Shown piece after piece: positions 11,201-24,150 of a DNA stretch of 64,000 nt. Each line of letters begins with the position of its first letter. Positions within the stretch are counted from its first letter, which is position 1. The DNA lies in assembly GCA_036172245.1 (NCBI GenBank), contig JAYWIR010000008.1:4216001-4280000 (forward strand), in the 5' to 3' direction. Below the pieces are notes generated by a model that made no database searches, was not told the origin of the DNA, and saw only the letters and a list, made by a program, of their open reading frames with translations. The stretch is from Raillietiella orientalis (taxonomy: Eukaryota). Made by a program: the position numbers and the translations under genes.

Positions 11201-14200
11201 GGGGAAGGGTAAGCGTATTCGTGCCCCGGCTGGTCGTTTCGCCTCCCCGCATCCCTTCGTCACGTATGAGGCAGAGGGTTTCGCCAGGACTCCGGCTCGC
11301 ATCATCGCCGTCTGCGGATGCCTCGAAGGCACCTTCGAGGGTCAAAAGGGAATCGTGCGGCGGAGATGAAGAGGAAGGGGCTGTGGTAGCTGCTGCTGCT
11401 GCTGCTGCTTCTGGAGGGTGACGATGGCCAGATGGTAGCAGCAGCAGCCAGAGGACGGCTTCAGTCGCAGCTCCTTCGGCAGAGAGATCCTTGTCCGCCA
11501 AGTTCAGCGCACTCCAGGTACGGCCGCATCCGCAGCCTCACGCCCCGTCTGCAGCGCCACGCGGCAAGGGAGTTTCTCCAGAAGCGAGCGCTACCACGGG
11601 TTACTTTGCGTGATCAGGGGATGGACTGCTGCTCCTACATCAACCTCTTCGGCGGTGCTGCCGCTCGCATTTTCATCCGGGTTGCCTCAAATCTTCGCGA
11701 GTCTGCCGGCAGAACCGCTGGTCCTTCCGGGGTGCTCGCGGAGAGCAGAAAGCTGTGCGAGAAATCTCGCTCGCACGGTAGAGCGTGTGTACACGTGGGC
11801 GCGAACACGAAGTGCGTATACGTGGCACGCTCACAAGTGGCACCGCAAGGAGAGATGAGATGGAAAGTACCAACGCTGATGCATGGTACATCGCTGCCCG
11901 TGGATGCATCTTCGTGAGCTCATCCGTCACGTAAGGGCGCCACCTGGAAGGTAGTCTTCCATCTCCTTTGGCGTATGCCTGTACGTACGCTGCACTCATG
12001 CGTACTGTGCCTGTGTTTGTGTTCTGTTATGTATGAATGCGTGTGCGAGCGGGCGTTCCTTGCTTCCCTGCTTGCACGTTCCCCTGGAGCCGTGCGCATG
12101 CGCGTGTGTGCACGTGCGCAATCCGGGAGCGTCCGCCCGACCGCCTCGCGGGTTTTTCCCTTTCACCGCCCGCAACACTCGCCTTCGCGTTTCCCATCGC
12201 TGCCTCCGTGTCTTTCGGGCACAGAACTTTCGGCAGCACGCGCGTGCGCTTTCCCTGCAGCTTGCCGCGGACGTGCCAAAGCTCGGTCGTTCCGGCTGGC
12301 TCCCGCTCCCGCGTGTTTTCTTCGGCAGGAGCCATCCCGAGCGAAAGAAAGATCCCAAGGAAAGCGAAATCGCCTCCGCAAGAGGCGCCCCCATCGCGCT
12401 CGTTTTCGCTTCCCCCAGTCCCCCCTCCATTCTGGGAACCGCCAAGCATTTCGGTCAGGGGGATTTGTCAGACCAGCGGTGATCGATCCTCGAAAGCAGG
12501 GTCCAGCTGCTTTTCGTGGGTGTCGGTCCGATCGCCCCGCAAAGCCGCAGCCCCTCGGGCCACAGCCTCCGGACTTCCCGTCCGGTTCACGTAGAGAGCA
12601 TCGCACGTATTCACTTTCTGTTTTCGGATGTACGCGTGCGTGTGCGTGCATGTTTTTTTTCCTTTCCGTTCCCAGGGCTGCGGCACAGGTCAGCGGACCC
12701 GCCCATGCGGAGGGAGTTGTCATCAAACCTACGGCCCACAACCGTGACTCATGAGGACGAAACCTCTCAGCTACGCTACTCTCCAAGGGGCATTCCGACA
12801 GTCCGTGGACGGGACCAAGGCGCCTTTTCTTGGGGACGGCGGGGGATGGGTTGGGTCTGGGCTGTTTCGAGGGGCTCTGCAAGAGGTGCCCATCGCCACG
12901 TCCCGCGGAGCGGAAGGCCGGGAATCCCCCCAGTTGGCACCCCGTGAGGATGCTAACCGCGGACCAGTGCTCTGAGAGAGGGTGCCTCTGCGACGATTGG
13001 CCGCTAGCGGATTACGGGAGCGGGAAGGAGCAACCAGGATGCAGAGGTCGAACTTTCGGAAAAATGGCATGGGGGTCCTGACTGAAAGGGGTTCTCAGAA
13101 TTCCGCGGAGGGCGGAGCAATCGATCGCTTCGAGATAGGGGCGCGGGCGAAAGAAGGCGTCCACCTTGGCTGGTTGTCTGGCTGACAGGACCCATCCTGA
13201 GCTGCGGACTGTAGGTCCAGTCCTCAACGGTCCGAGGCCGTTGCTAGACGGAGGGACATCCAGTCTTTCAGCTGCACCTAGGATCTCGCCGAGCGCCATA
13301 GGGACGCTTTCCTCAGGTCCTCGACCCATGCCTCTTGCAGTTGGGTGCAAAGAAAACTCCAGCGACGGAGCGAGAGGCAACCCATTAGCGACAGCAGGTT
13401 GCGTAGGGACCGCATCCAGATGGCACGTGATGACCTGTCCTTATTCATGGCTCCCGGTGCGCTACCTTCCTCTCTCACATGTGCTCCCGGTGACGCATCC
13501 GATGGCACTTCTCATGGTTCCTCGGAGTCAGACCCTGAGGCATCTCCTCGTCCCTAGCCTCCCACCCTCAGCATTTCCTCGCTGGGAGCACGCGCAGCCT
13601 ACTGGAGAACCTCCCCACTCCACCGAGGTCATCGCCCAGCTTCCTCTCCTTCCGACCCCATCTTACGTCTGCTTCTGGCCCAGAGACGAGGGGAAGCCAG
13701 AAAAGGAGGAGTCGTTCGTGCCTGTGGCGTCACCGTGGCGGGGAAACGGGCGGGTCCGCTGCTGTTGATGGCGAGTCGCGAAGTCTCCGTGCACGTGACT
13801 CAGGCACACCCCGAGCTGTTCCGTTGGTCAGCGAAGCGGAAACGGACTTCAAGGGAGCTCGAGGAAATTTAAGCTCGTAGTGACACCTTGCGCTTCGCGC
13901 TGCCTGCTTGACCTCTGGCTTTTCGCCGAGCCTGCTGACCGCTTGGTCGGAGATGACCGTCTGGCGCTCCTTCCTCGACTTCCAGCCTGGGGAGAGGGGT
14001 AGGGGGTAAGAGGGTGAAGAAGGAGGGGGGAGGGAGAAGGAATGGTTTTTATTTAAACGAAGGCTGTCCGATTCTCTGCAGCAGAAGATCGCTGCAGGGT
14101 TGAACGAGCCCCACCAGGACTGAAGACGCCATTGTCGAGGGATGGCCGTGGAGACTTTGATGGTGGCAAGCGAGAGGGGAGGAGAAGGAGGGAGGGAGCA

Positions 14201-16689
14201 ACGTGCTGTGGTCCGCTTGGCCTGAAGCGACGCTTTACAGAGGGCTCCGAGACGATTCTCATGGACCAGCTGGACCCTCCCTCCCCCCTCCTCTCCTCGT
14301 TCTCTCCCGCATGCTACCGTCCAAGAATTCTCATTCAGGAAGGAGAGAGGCAGAATGGGGGCGAAACTCAGGGGAAAGGAGGAGAGCAGTCTCGGACCGG
14401 TTCCACGAGCGGTGCCCATCTGCGGGCGGGCGGCCCGCTGTAGTTCATGGTGAGCCGCCGAAAAGGAGAGGGAGAAAGAAAACGGGGACGGAAGCCCCTG
14501 AAAAGGGAAAGTTGGCGACATCGCCTCGAGGGAAGGATCGGAGAAATGGGCGCCCCTGGTTGCAGCGGGAGAGGTCCCTGCAGGTGGACAGAGACGATGG
14601 AGAGAGAGGGAGAGAGAGAGGAAGGGACGGGGGGAAAGAGAAGTCAGGAAGTGCTCCACGCGACTCCTTCTCCCGGAAAGAGGGTGTTGCTAGCGGAGGC
14701 GCCCGCTTGCCCCAGTGGACCCAGGATGGGTGCCCGTAAGAGGGTCCATCCGCTGGCGGCGTGTGATTTTCCCTTGGTGGCACTAAGAAAATGTGGAAAC
14801 ACGTCCGGTGGGAGGAGAAGGCCCGCTCGCCCCCGAGGGAAGGCCTCCTGGCAGAGGGAGCACCTTCTCAGGCCGCGCAGGCGGGGTGCTCGCGCCGCCC
14901 TCCTCCTAGCGTGAAACCGTCGGGCGCGCGTCCCTCGAGGGATCGACGACCGGACGTCACCGCTTGATGGACGCGTCACTCAGAGGCGACGGTCCACGCT
15001 CGACGGCGCCGCTGTCGCCTTGGGACTCGGGCGGCTCAGGGGAAGCCCGCCGGCCAGCGGGGCGTCTTCACGAGCGGCCGTCCCCGTCCTCTTCTCCTCC
15101 GAGGGTCGGCGATGCGGCCTTCCCGCAGGACCGCGAGAGGGACAGCTGATCGAACGAGCTGGTGGGCAGCTCGCGGCTGCCGAGTTCAGACAACGTTGCT
15201 GCGCGACGGACGGCTCTTGCGGCCATTACTGCCAGAAGCGGAAGAGGAGGAAGGGAGGCATGAAGGGAGAAGGATTTTCCGAGCAGAGGGGTGCGCATTT
15301 GCGCTTGAGCAAAGGCGCGTTAGCAACGCTGCTGCGCGCGGTTCCAGCGCGCAGCAGCAGTGCTTTAAGCTGTACTCTCTAAGGTGTCGCGAACGCACGC
15401 ACGGCGCGAGGTGCGCGGCACGCATCTTCTGCTGCGAACGAGCGCGCCCCCTGCAGCAGAGAGCGTAGTGCTCGGAAATGTGTGCGCCCACGCACCCGCT
15501 CCCGTACGCCTCGCAGGCGGACGCGCGCAACACGTGAGGCAGGGGGGGGGGGGCGCACGAAAGCACGTTTTCGCGTGGAAGGGACCACTCCTTCGGATGT
15601 GGACCATGAGCGGAGGCATCTCTCGCTCTCGCGCGTGCCTATCGCTGAGGAGAGGTCTGAAGCGATGCGGGAGAAAAAGAGGTCCGAGATGGGGGTGGCA
15701 GCCCCCGGTCCTTCCAAAGGCTGTAGTTCACAAACTTGCATCAGGTCGGGTTCTCCGGAGCTGCCCGCGGTCTGGAGGATAGGATTCTTGCGTCTAGGGG
15801 GTGCCGCCGCGAGGGTGATGCAGCCCTCTCCCCTTCCTTCAATCGCTGCCCTCCTGGGGATCCCGCGACCCTTGCCCTGAGGAACCTTTCCTCTGAGGCC
15901 TCGCGGGTCAGAGACTCCGCAGGGCTCCTATACGTCCTCTGCTGCCTTTGGGGTGCTCATCCTCCTTCTGTTGTAGCCATGAGTCCAGAAACAAGAGGAA
16001 GTGGGTACGGTGTCCCGAGGCAGTTTCATGGGCTTGAAGAGGAGAAGGGGACGTCTCGGTCCCCCTGGATCCCCGATGGCATCCTCGACACGGGACTGGG
16101 GAGGCGGATGGGCGAGCTTCCGGCTCCAGAGGGTGCTCAAGACGGCAGCCGGTCCAGAGGGCTCCCCCTCCTTCCCTCCACCAAATGCGGAGAGACAGCA
16201 GTGTCGGCCATCGTCTCCTCGATTGGCGCTGAGTCCCTTTCGCGCCTCCACTCTTTCAGCGGAAGTGCCTGGGAGCTGACTTGACCAAGTGCTTGTCGGA
16301 GAGGAGCGGGGTCCCAGAAAGAGCCTGGGAAGCCGACACAACCTCTAGGAAAAAAGATGCCGGTGGAGAGGGGGGGGGGGGGAAGTCGTGCGGATGGGCA
16401 GAGATAGTGGCGGTGGCTGGAAGGATGCACAGAGAGCCCTCGGGGAGCCAAGCCGGAACGACGGTCGCACGGATGCCTCCCCCTCCTATAGACGCCAATC
16501 GATAATGCGACCCCCCTCCGATGGTCTGCGGCCCCTGACTCTCGTCGAGGTGTGCACCGAGTGCGAGCACCCCCTCCGGCAATAGGGACTCCGCCTGCTG
16601 TATCTATTAATAGCCCGAGGAGGACGCGCTGTCAGTGGATAGCGTGATGGATCGGCCGTAGTCTATTGGCTCGGTTGGTCGTTGGTCTC

Positions 16690-17345
16690 ATCCACAGGAT
16701 GGAGGGAGAATGCATGTTCCATATACCACCCCTAGTATGTTGCTTGGAAGCTCTTCCTTTGTTTCCCTTTTAAGGGATTCCATTTTCCGTCGCGCAGACC
16801 GTCCGCTCCACTTCGTGACGAAACGCATTCGGAAACAGCATGCAAAAGTCACGTGGCTTTCCAGCGTGGTTGGGATTGCTGGCAAGCCTCTGCTTCCAGG
16901 TAGGTAAGCACGCCTGCCGTGGAAGCCTTGATTTTCCACAGTTCGTTCGTCTGCCACCCCACTGAATTCTAAGTGACCACACTCACAACGGATGTCGATG
17001 TTTGCATCGTGCGGATGTTCTCGAAGTTGGCGTTCCATCTTTCAGGTCAACTGGAATGCAAAGGTTTTGGTGTAGGTCGGAACCGGCGCCAACATGTATG
17101 CCATCCTCTTTTTGCCCTCCAATCACTGCAACTCCTTCGCACACGGAAGGTCTGTTTTGATTGGTTTCGATTTGTTGAAGTACGTGAAAATGCTTGCACT
17201 TTCTGAGCAGCTTCCATCCTGGCCCCAGAAAACGGGAATAGGAATTTCCTTTCATCACGAAAAGGGATTTTTGATACGGGTGCAACGAATGGAAGTGTTC
17301 CGAGATTGGGGCCTCGTCATGTGACCTGGCAATCACTTTGCAATG
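16690..17345 (-). mobile_element. Decayed Penelope-like element fragment (RT end, thumb/linker, start of GIY-YIG)
   Basis: Lower-GC island. Minus-strand frames give, in the expected order, EHFHSLHP (like NSLHP..KFT), LCIPVDLKD, AYLPGSRGL (like LPY.RGL) and KEELPSNILGVVY..C..SCG (like GVVY.I.C..C). Frameshifted. Confidence 0.5.
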
Positions 17346-20300
17346 AGAAATGATTTGGAAATCCAGAAGCATAGAAGCATGGGCGAGAGCTGCTGCTGAT
17401 GGTGGTGATGGGTCCACGGTGTGCCGGAAGCTGCTTCCGACGTGCCTGGTGGCGTCGGGTGCTTCTCCCTCCCTCCTTGACGACCCATCACGCATCTTCG
17501 TGCGTTCGTTTCCCTTCTCCCCAATCTTCTTCTTCTGCCCCCGGGCGAGGGATCTCATCTTCCGGACGGCCGCCTTGGATCCGCCCTGACTCCTGAGGAA
17601 CGACGGGCGCTCGAAAGGCGAAGGGGGCTGGGAGAAATCCATCTGCTTCCGAGGCTTCTCAGCTTCTGGGTGGTCATTCGCGCAGAACGAAGAGTGGGGG
17701 CCTCCTCACCCCGCTTCCGGCTTTCTGGAGTCCCCATACTACATGAAAGGACCCAGGTCCCGCTTCCCTGGTCTTTTCAAACAGGGGAGAAGGAAAAGAA
17801 TGTGTCCTCCCGTTCCGCGGAGAGATCAGAGAGAACCCTCAAGTGGTGGTGGCGCCGGGGGCGCTGCTTCGACTGCTCCAACTGGAGTGGATAGGGTGGG
17901 GAGCGGCATCTCGACGGTCTACGAATCGGATCGTAGAGATCCCTTCTGCAGGGAAGGAGGGAGGTCGCTGCCCCCACTGGAGGCGGCGTGAGAACCGACC
18001 GACTCCTCGCTGCCGCCAACCTTCACCTTGCATGGAAGGAGGGAGGTCGCTCACTCCGTGCAGCTCTCTCTTTGCCCTTTGGGATATGCTGGCCGGCTGG
18101 AGATGGGCTCTCCCTCAGACGCGCTTGCACGGGTCCAGGAGAGACGCCCAGGGTGGCCGAGGAGGGGAGCGAGTGAAGAAGACACCACCCTAGGGAGAGG
18201 CGAGACTCCTGCGCACTTCTCGCTTCCTGCATCCTGGATGCCCAAAACGCGGGAACTCTCCAGTGACGGGGGATCCTTGAAGGATGACATGAGGGATCCC
18301 GCTCTGTAGCCAATGAGGAAGGCATTGGCGGTGACTGGTAGACGTGGTCACATCTCCTGCGGGGGGACGGTTAAGTGGATGGGATATTGACAGGGGAGGC
18401 GCAGAGGAACGAACTTCTTTTGAGCAGACCGCCCTGGTCCGAAAGACACCACAGTGACCCGATGCAACCCTTATTTCTCTTCCTCCCCCCCCCCCCCCCC
18501 CGACAGCAGCATCCTTGCAGAACTCCCTGATTGGGCGAGTCCTATTCTCCTGCGAATTCCTGCCGGCACAGACGAAGGGAGAAGTTGCCACGGTGACGCC
18601 CTTGCTCTGTTTCGGGAGTAGCCCGTGGCTTTGTTGTGGACTCTCTTGTCTTCCGCTTTGCAAGGCTCATTGCTTGTCCTTCGGACACGTCCGGTTGCTG
18701 AGGCAACCACGGCACTGCAACATTGCGGGATAACTGTGCCTTCCAAGTCGATGCGCTGGAGAGGGCGTTCCCTCCGCGCAAGGGGGATGTTCTACGAGCG
18801 GAAACCCTGAGTGAATTAGAGCGCTTGAGCTTTAGGCGGTGGGCCCGCGTTTTCGATGGAGCACTTCGGGCTCAAGAGGGCCTCAAAGAAGAGTCCTGGG
18901 GGTTGCCACGAAGGAGTGGCCCTTCAAGCTCGCGACATTCCTGCAGCTGCCGCCCCATACAGAGACAGACTTTGTCTGGGATGCTGAAAGTGCGTTTACC
19001 ACCGAAAGCACCTCTTCCGACAGGCAATCCTCATCCGCTCGAGGCTGGAACGTGCTGGGCCGTGGGCTGCACCCCCGCCACTTTTTGCAAGACCGCCTGT
19101 AGCTCCAGGCCTCCCCTCGCGGGCCACTCTATGGGAACGGAAGAGCGGAGCCTGAAGTCGCCGTCGATCCACGCCATGAGCGTCCCCGGCCGCATCCATC
19201 TCCGCCTCTGTTCATCTGCGCTCCACGAACGGTTACGCGTAGCCACGCGACTCGTGCGAATCCCTTCGCAGCGCAAGAGAGAAAGAAAGTCATGTGAGGG
19301 GGGGTGGCCTCCGAAGGCGGCATGCGGTTGCCACGTCCGTGGTTTGAAAGCAGCTCCAGCTAGCGGATCGTGGGTACTGACGTGTGCTAAAAGTGATCCG
19401 CAACCTTATAAGTGGTCTCATCTCGCAGATTGCTCCGATCCCCTCCATCGGAAGTGTTTATAAATCAGAAGTTCACGGCTTCACGCGAGGCGCCCCCCGT
19501 GCAACTTGGAGCGAACCCGAGAGTGCATGGTGTGAAAGGGATCTGGAAATTGCTGCTCTGCGGCCTAAACAGCACATTCCGCGGGCTCGCGTTCAAAAAT
19601 GGATCGCTTCCGTGTTTTTCCGTTTCATAATCACGCCCGGGGAGTTCCACGCCGTTACGCAATCACGTCGGATCACAGTCCAGTGCTTTAGAAATCCCTG
19701 CGTACTATTTGGAGAATGGTAGCGTACGCTGCCGAAGAAACTCCCTGCGACGAGCGAGAACTTGCAATCGCATCGTTCTTTCTTCCGCGAGAGGGACGCG
19801 CTCCTGGAAGTTTCCTTCTTGAAGGTAGTGATTCGCTCTGCCGCTGGATGGCAGTGCTTTCCATCGGGAAAACCCTGGACTGCAACTGGGCTCCCTCCCT
19901 CGCGACGCCGTGCAGAATGCACCGCGGATGCACATCTCCCGAATTCGCCAGCAGTGCAGAGTCCCAACGAGTGACGGGAAGGAGACCTTCCAGGAAGGCA
20001 GGAAACCCTTCCTTTTTCTTCGGGAATAAGGAAAGGTCGGGTGTTGACACGCAGTGTGCTTGCGTGGCAGGAAGACTTGGCAGGGAAGCATCCAAACGAA
20101 AGGATCCCCGGGAAGTTTCCAGGCACCCGAACAAGGCGAAGCAAGATCCTTCAGGCAAGCTAATCACCTTGGAATCCAGCGACGGTCACCGAGGACCGGT
20201 GAAGTTCTTGTAGCCATCCGCCTGGAGATGGAAGAAAAAATAAAATAAAATCCCACTTTGCTAGATGGCGTACATTTAAGTACACATTTCGGAGTTCAAA

Positions 20301-20365
20301 TGAGATCGAGGAAGCGTACGAGAACTCAGAGCCAGTCCGTGCGTGTTGTGAGTCGTGGGTGTCGT

Positions 20366-21738
20366 TTTTTTTTTTCTTTCCTTCAAGTTACAGGGTAGCT
20401 TCGGAGGGACTACCCTATGAATCCAGGAAGGACTCAGCAAGAGGAAGGAATCCGTTCCTCTTACGTTTGGTAGGGAGGGAACCATCGCCCTGGTCGTCTC
20501 CGAAGGGAACCCCGGAGGGAGCGACTTTATTTTCTCTAGAGAGATCCTCCGGGAAGGGGGGAGGGAGGCACTCTTCATTTCTTCTACGGAGAGACGCCCC
20601 GGAAAGCATTCGCTTCTTGTTTCGTGCTCTGAAGAGAACCCCGAAGGGACCCTTGCCAATTTCCCTGAACGGCACTCCCCGAAGGGATCATAGAGCTGGA
20701 GAGACAACCTTCCGAAGGGAGTGTCAACCAGCTCCATGGTAGGAGATGGAGAGTTGCCTCGGGGAGAGGGGGGGGGGCTCTATTTCCAGAACCGGAGGGG
20801 AACCCCGAAGGGAACCGGCTCCTTGGTTTCTGGAAGGACCCCGGAGGGTAGACTTCCAATCCCAGCCAGTCCACGGGAACATCCGGGGGTTTCCGGCATC
20901 CACCAGTGCCACACCCTCCCCTTAAAGTGGCAGGAGTCAGAGTTGGTACTGATGCACTGGGGTCTCCCGTGCAGCGCTCTCCGGCATCTGTGGAGACGGG
21001 GGGGAAGGATGGACCCAAACTATACAAGGTGCGGGGAGCGGGAATCCTTCCCGCACCTCCTAGTGGACTGTGTTGCCCTCCGGACCCTCTGGGGACGCTT
21101 TGCTGCGGCCCTTGGAACCCCTGGTGGCAACGCCAGAGACGTTGTAAAGCGCCCCTTTCTGAGCGACGCCCTCACGGCAGCCCCATCCCCAGTAGCACTT
21201 GCTGCCTACGCGGCGGGACCCTGGCGGCTGAATGGAGCAGCAACGCCAGATGAGTCCAGAACGACAGTAGAGCCATCTATTTTCATGAGGACAGCGTCAA
21301 GATGGTCCCATCTGGCAGTATTGAAATGTATTGAAACAGGAACTTTCCGGCATCCTTACAAGGGCACCCACCAGCACACGATGATCCTTTCCCGAACCTC
21401 TCATCGTTTTTGACTGTCTTTCTTTTTGTTTGTCTCCCTTCTCCCTGTGCTGCCAAGGGGAACTCCGCTGGTCTGCATGCCAGTTCCCGGCAGGTTCCTT
21501 CTGTTCCACAGATGCGTTCCTTTATTTTATTTATAAGTAAATGCCCCTGCGTGACCAGGTGTCAACCACTGCTGCTCCCCAAGCCAACCGAGGCCAACCA
21601 GCGTCATCCTGAGGTAGGGCATCGAAACTCACGACGCACCACCAGTTCTCGAAGTCGGTCCTTTCCCGGGTGGGATTTGAACCCGCAGCGCTCGGTGCTG
21701 TGCGCCGAGACCGCACCTACACGGCTGCCACCGCGGAT
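20366..21738 (-). mobile_element. SINE-like family copy split by a nested insertion (head 21738-21575, body 20921-20366)
   Basis: The head on the minus strand has GGTGGCAGCC...GGTTCAAATCCC. The body resumes at 20921 with GGTGTGGCACTGGTGG...GGATTGGAAGTCTACCCTCCGGGGTCCTTCCAG and ends in an A tract (plus-strand T run near 20366-20376). Confidence 0.7.
20922..21574 (+). mobile_element. 5'-truncated non-LTR retrotransposon 3' fragment (C-terminal zinc-knuckle) inserted into the SINE
   Basis: Translates DPNYTRCGERESFPHLLVDCVALRTLW, resembling the C-x2-C-x-E-x3-H-LL-x2-C motif at the end of LINE ORF2. Flanked by CTCCCC at 20916-20921 and 21575-21580. Confidence 0.55.
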
Positions 21739-23199
21739 CTGCCTCTTCTTCAGAAGGTGCTGAGAGAAGCTGCCATCATACGAGTGGCGGCGATTTGAGT
21801 AACTAGCAAATCAGAAGCCTCGGCGCACCCGATTTCAGAGGCTGATACAGCACTCTTGCGTTCTGGTGGCTTCTCTAGATGCGACTGATGCAGACAGAAA
21901 GGAGTATAAAAGGAAGGATGGACCCTCGGTGTCATCTTACCGTCTTTCCTTTTAAAAATGATAAGACAAGAACCCTACGCAGATCACCGTCGCTCCACGT
22001 AGGGTGCCCATCCAAATCGACAGGGACTCCCTAATCGTTGAAACTTCAGATGGTCAACTCCAGCTCGACTTCTCTGCGAGCTCCGTTCTCTGGACTGCAG
22101 TCAAAACTTCGTGAGATCCTCAAACTGGAAGCCGATCCTTCTGCTTATACGGGATCGGCGCTATCAGGCATGGGCGGGGCAAAAGGAGTTAAAGACCTGA
22201 AGACGTCCATCCTATCTTGAGAGCTGGACAAAGGCGCGTCTCCCGAGCGGGAGACGAGGGACAAGCGTCCCGCATGCGGCAGAAACACCGCGTACGCCTT
22301 TCTTCATGCAGATCCTTAGGGGGAAACGTCCCCACCGAGACGTGTATCAACTAAGACGTGATATCTGAGTAGATTCAGCCTTGGTAGAGTTCCCGCCCAT
22401 GACCTCAGTTGACCTCAGACCATGGCTGTGCTCATAGCCCAAGCCTCTCCCCACCTGCATACGGGAGACGTGCTGCGCCACCGCTCACAATTCTTTCTTG
22501 AACGACGCGTACCAAACTATGTACGCACAAATATGAGAGGGTACTCGATATGTACGATGGCACTTATCTGGATCACGAGAGTACAAGCAAGAGGGTACGT
22601 ATCTGTGCGGAAATCGCACGAGTGTGATAATTTCAGCACACGGACTTACGAGAGTGCCGAATGTACATCCATAAAGGTGCAACGCGCATGTGCAACGTAC
22701 TTGCACTTACCCTTCAGGCTGACCCGTGCCACATGTGTGCAGATGGGATGGCAACGCACTCACGCGCACACGTAGACCGCTAGTAGGTGCGCGTGCGAAG
22801 GGGCAGCAGTGCGCGTAGGGACTTATAGGGTCCTTGCGCCCTGAGTCACGGAAGGACTCCCACCAGGGCGACACAGACGGAAGGGCACGAAACACCCGGA
22901 TTGCTCAACAGCTCAGGCTGTCGTCTGGCTTCCCGGCCTCCCTGCTTCCTTCTGCTTGATCGCGCCTCAACTCAGGCGTGTCCTCTGTCAATGCCGTGCC
23001 GAAGGAAAGTCCTGAGAACGCCCCGTTCGGGAGAGGCGCCTCTGTGTCTCCAAAGCGCGGTCCACCGCTCTCGAGCGCTCTGCGTCGACCTGCAAAGGCA
23101 AGGCCGGGAAACCAGAGGAATGGTTGGTCGCCGCCCCACTCTTACGAGACCGCATCCGCATCCACGACGGGGGCGCGCGCGCCCCACGCAGTGAGCTGC

Positions 23200-24150
23200 A
23201 AGGCGTCACGGCCTTTCGGAATTTCAGGATCGCCGCACACGCCCGTCGGCAGGGTGAAGGATATCGTCGAGGACGAGGATGGGGTGAGATCGAGACATTC
23301 GAGCTCCAAGTCTCCGCGTTCGCTCAGCCTTGAAAAGGGTGGGGCCCCCGATCCTGCGCAAGAGTCCTGCCCCATTTTCTGGGGCTCGAGTGACCTTCGG
23401 CCAGCCAGCCCGCTGTAGTAAGGACGCCCTCCGAGAGGGCGTGCTTCCAGTGGCGTCTGGAATGCGGTGCCGCACTCCGATAGCTCTCCATGGAACTCCC
23501 ACCGGAGGTCTGTGTGCCCACGCTGGAGGGCGCGTTTCCTCCAGGTCATCCGCGCGTGGACGCCATCGTCCTGGGGATGGGAAGCTGACATGACATTGCT
23601 GATGAGGTTCTCGAGGCGATTCAGTCGGCGCCCCTCGGGAGTTCAGGGTGGTACTGGCGCATCGTGTCACCCTCTGAAAAGAGCGAAAGCAGAGCTGCTG
23701 GCATGCACCCCAGCTTGCGGCTCCATGTGATCGGTGCAAAACACCGGGAAAGCAGAGCGTTTTTTGGAAGAGGATGCTCCTCCTCTCCTGTTCCGTCTGT
23801 AGCATTCTCCCTCTGGCGGCTCAGCTGCTGACCCCAGTTAGTAGCCTCCCCGGACGCTGGAGTCCTAGGTGGGAAGTTAGGATATGGGTTTGTGGAGGTG
23901 GGGGCACGAATGTAGGACGAAGAAAACTTTGAAGGGTTCCGTAGGATGCTGGAAAGGGAGAGGGAGGAGTTCGGCGCTCGTAGATGAGCCAGAGAACTTC
24001 CGGAGGAGGTGATTCCGTGGCTGTAGGCTCTCCAATCGCCTTGTCCACAGTGTCCGGAACTCCGTTTCTTGGAGGTCTGGCCGAAGGTGGCCGCTGGCGT
24101 CCACTTGCCGGGAGAGGAACGCGCGTCCGAGCCCAAGGAGATGGAAAGCG
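23200..24150 (-). mobile_element. Decayed non-LTR retrotransposon fragment (late RT to RNase H-like)
   Basis: Minus-strand remnants RNHLLRKFSGSS (like RLNLLR.L.G..WG), YGTLQSFLRPTF (like Y.SFIRP) and NGAG...PTLFKAE (like RNase H SVF.AE). Several frameshifts. Confidence 0.4.

Noticed and set aside
15328..15358. 12-bp perfect hairpin GCTGCTGCGCGC/GCGCGCAGCAGC
   Set aside because: Made of low-complexity CTG/CAG and GC repeats that pair readily by chance.
20618..20655. Hammerhead ribozyme suggested by CTGAAGAG plus a hairpin in the SINE
   Set aside because: The required GAAA does not follow stem II on the same strand; the GAAAC lies on the opposite strand.
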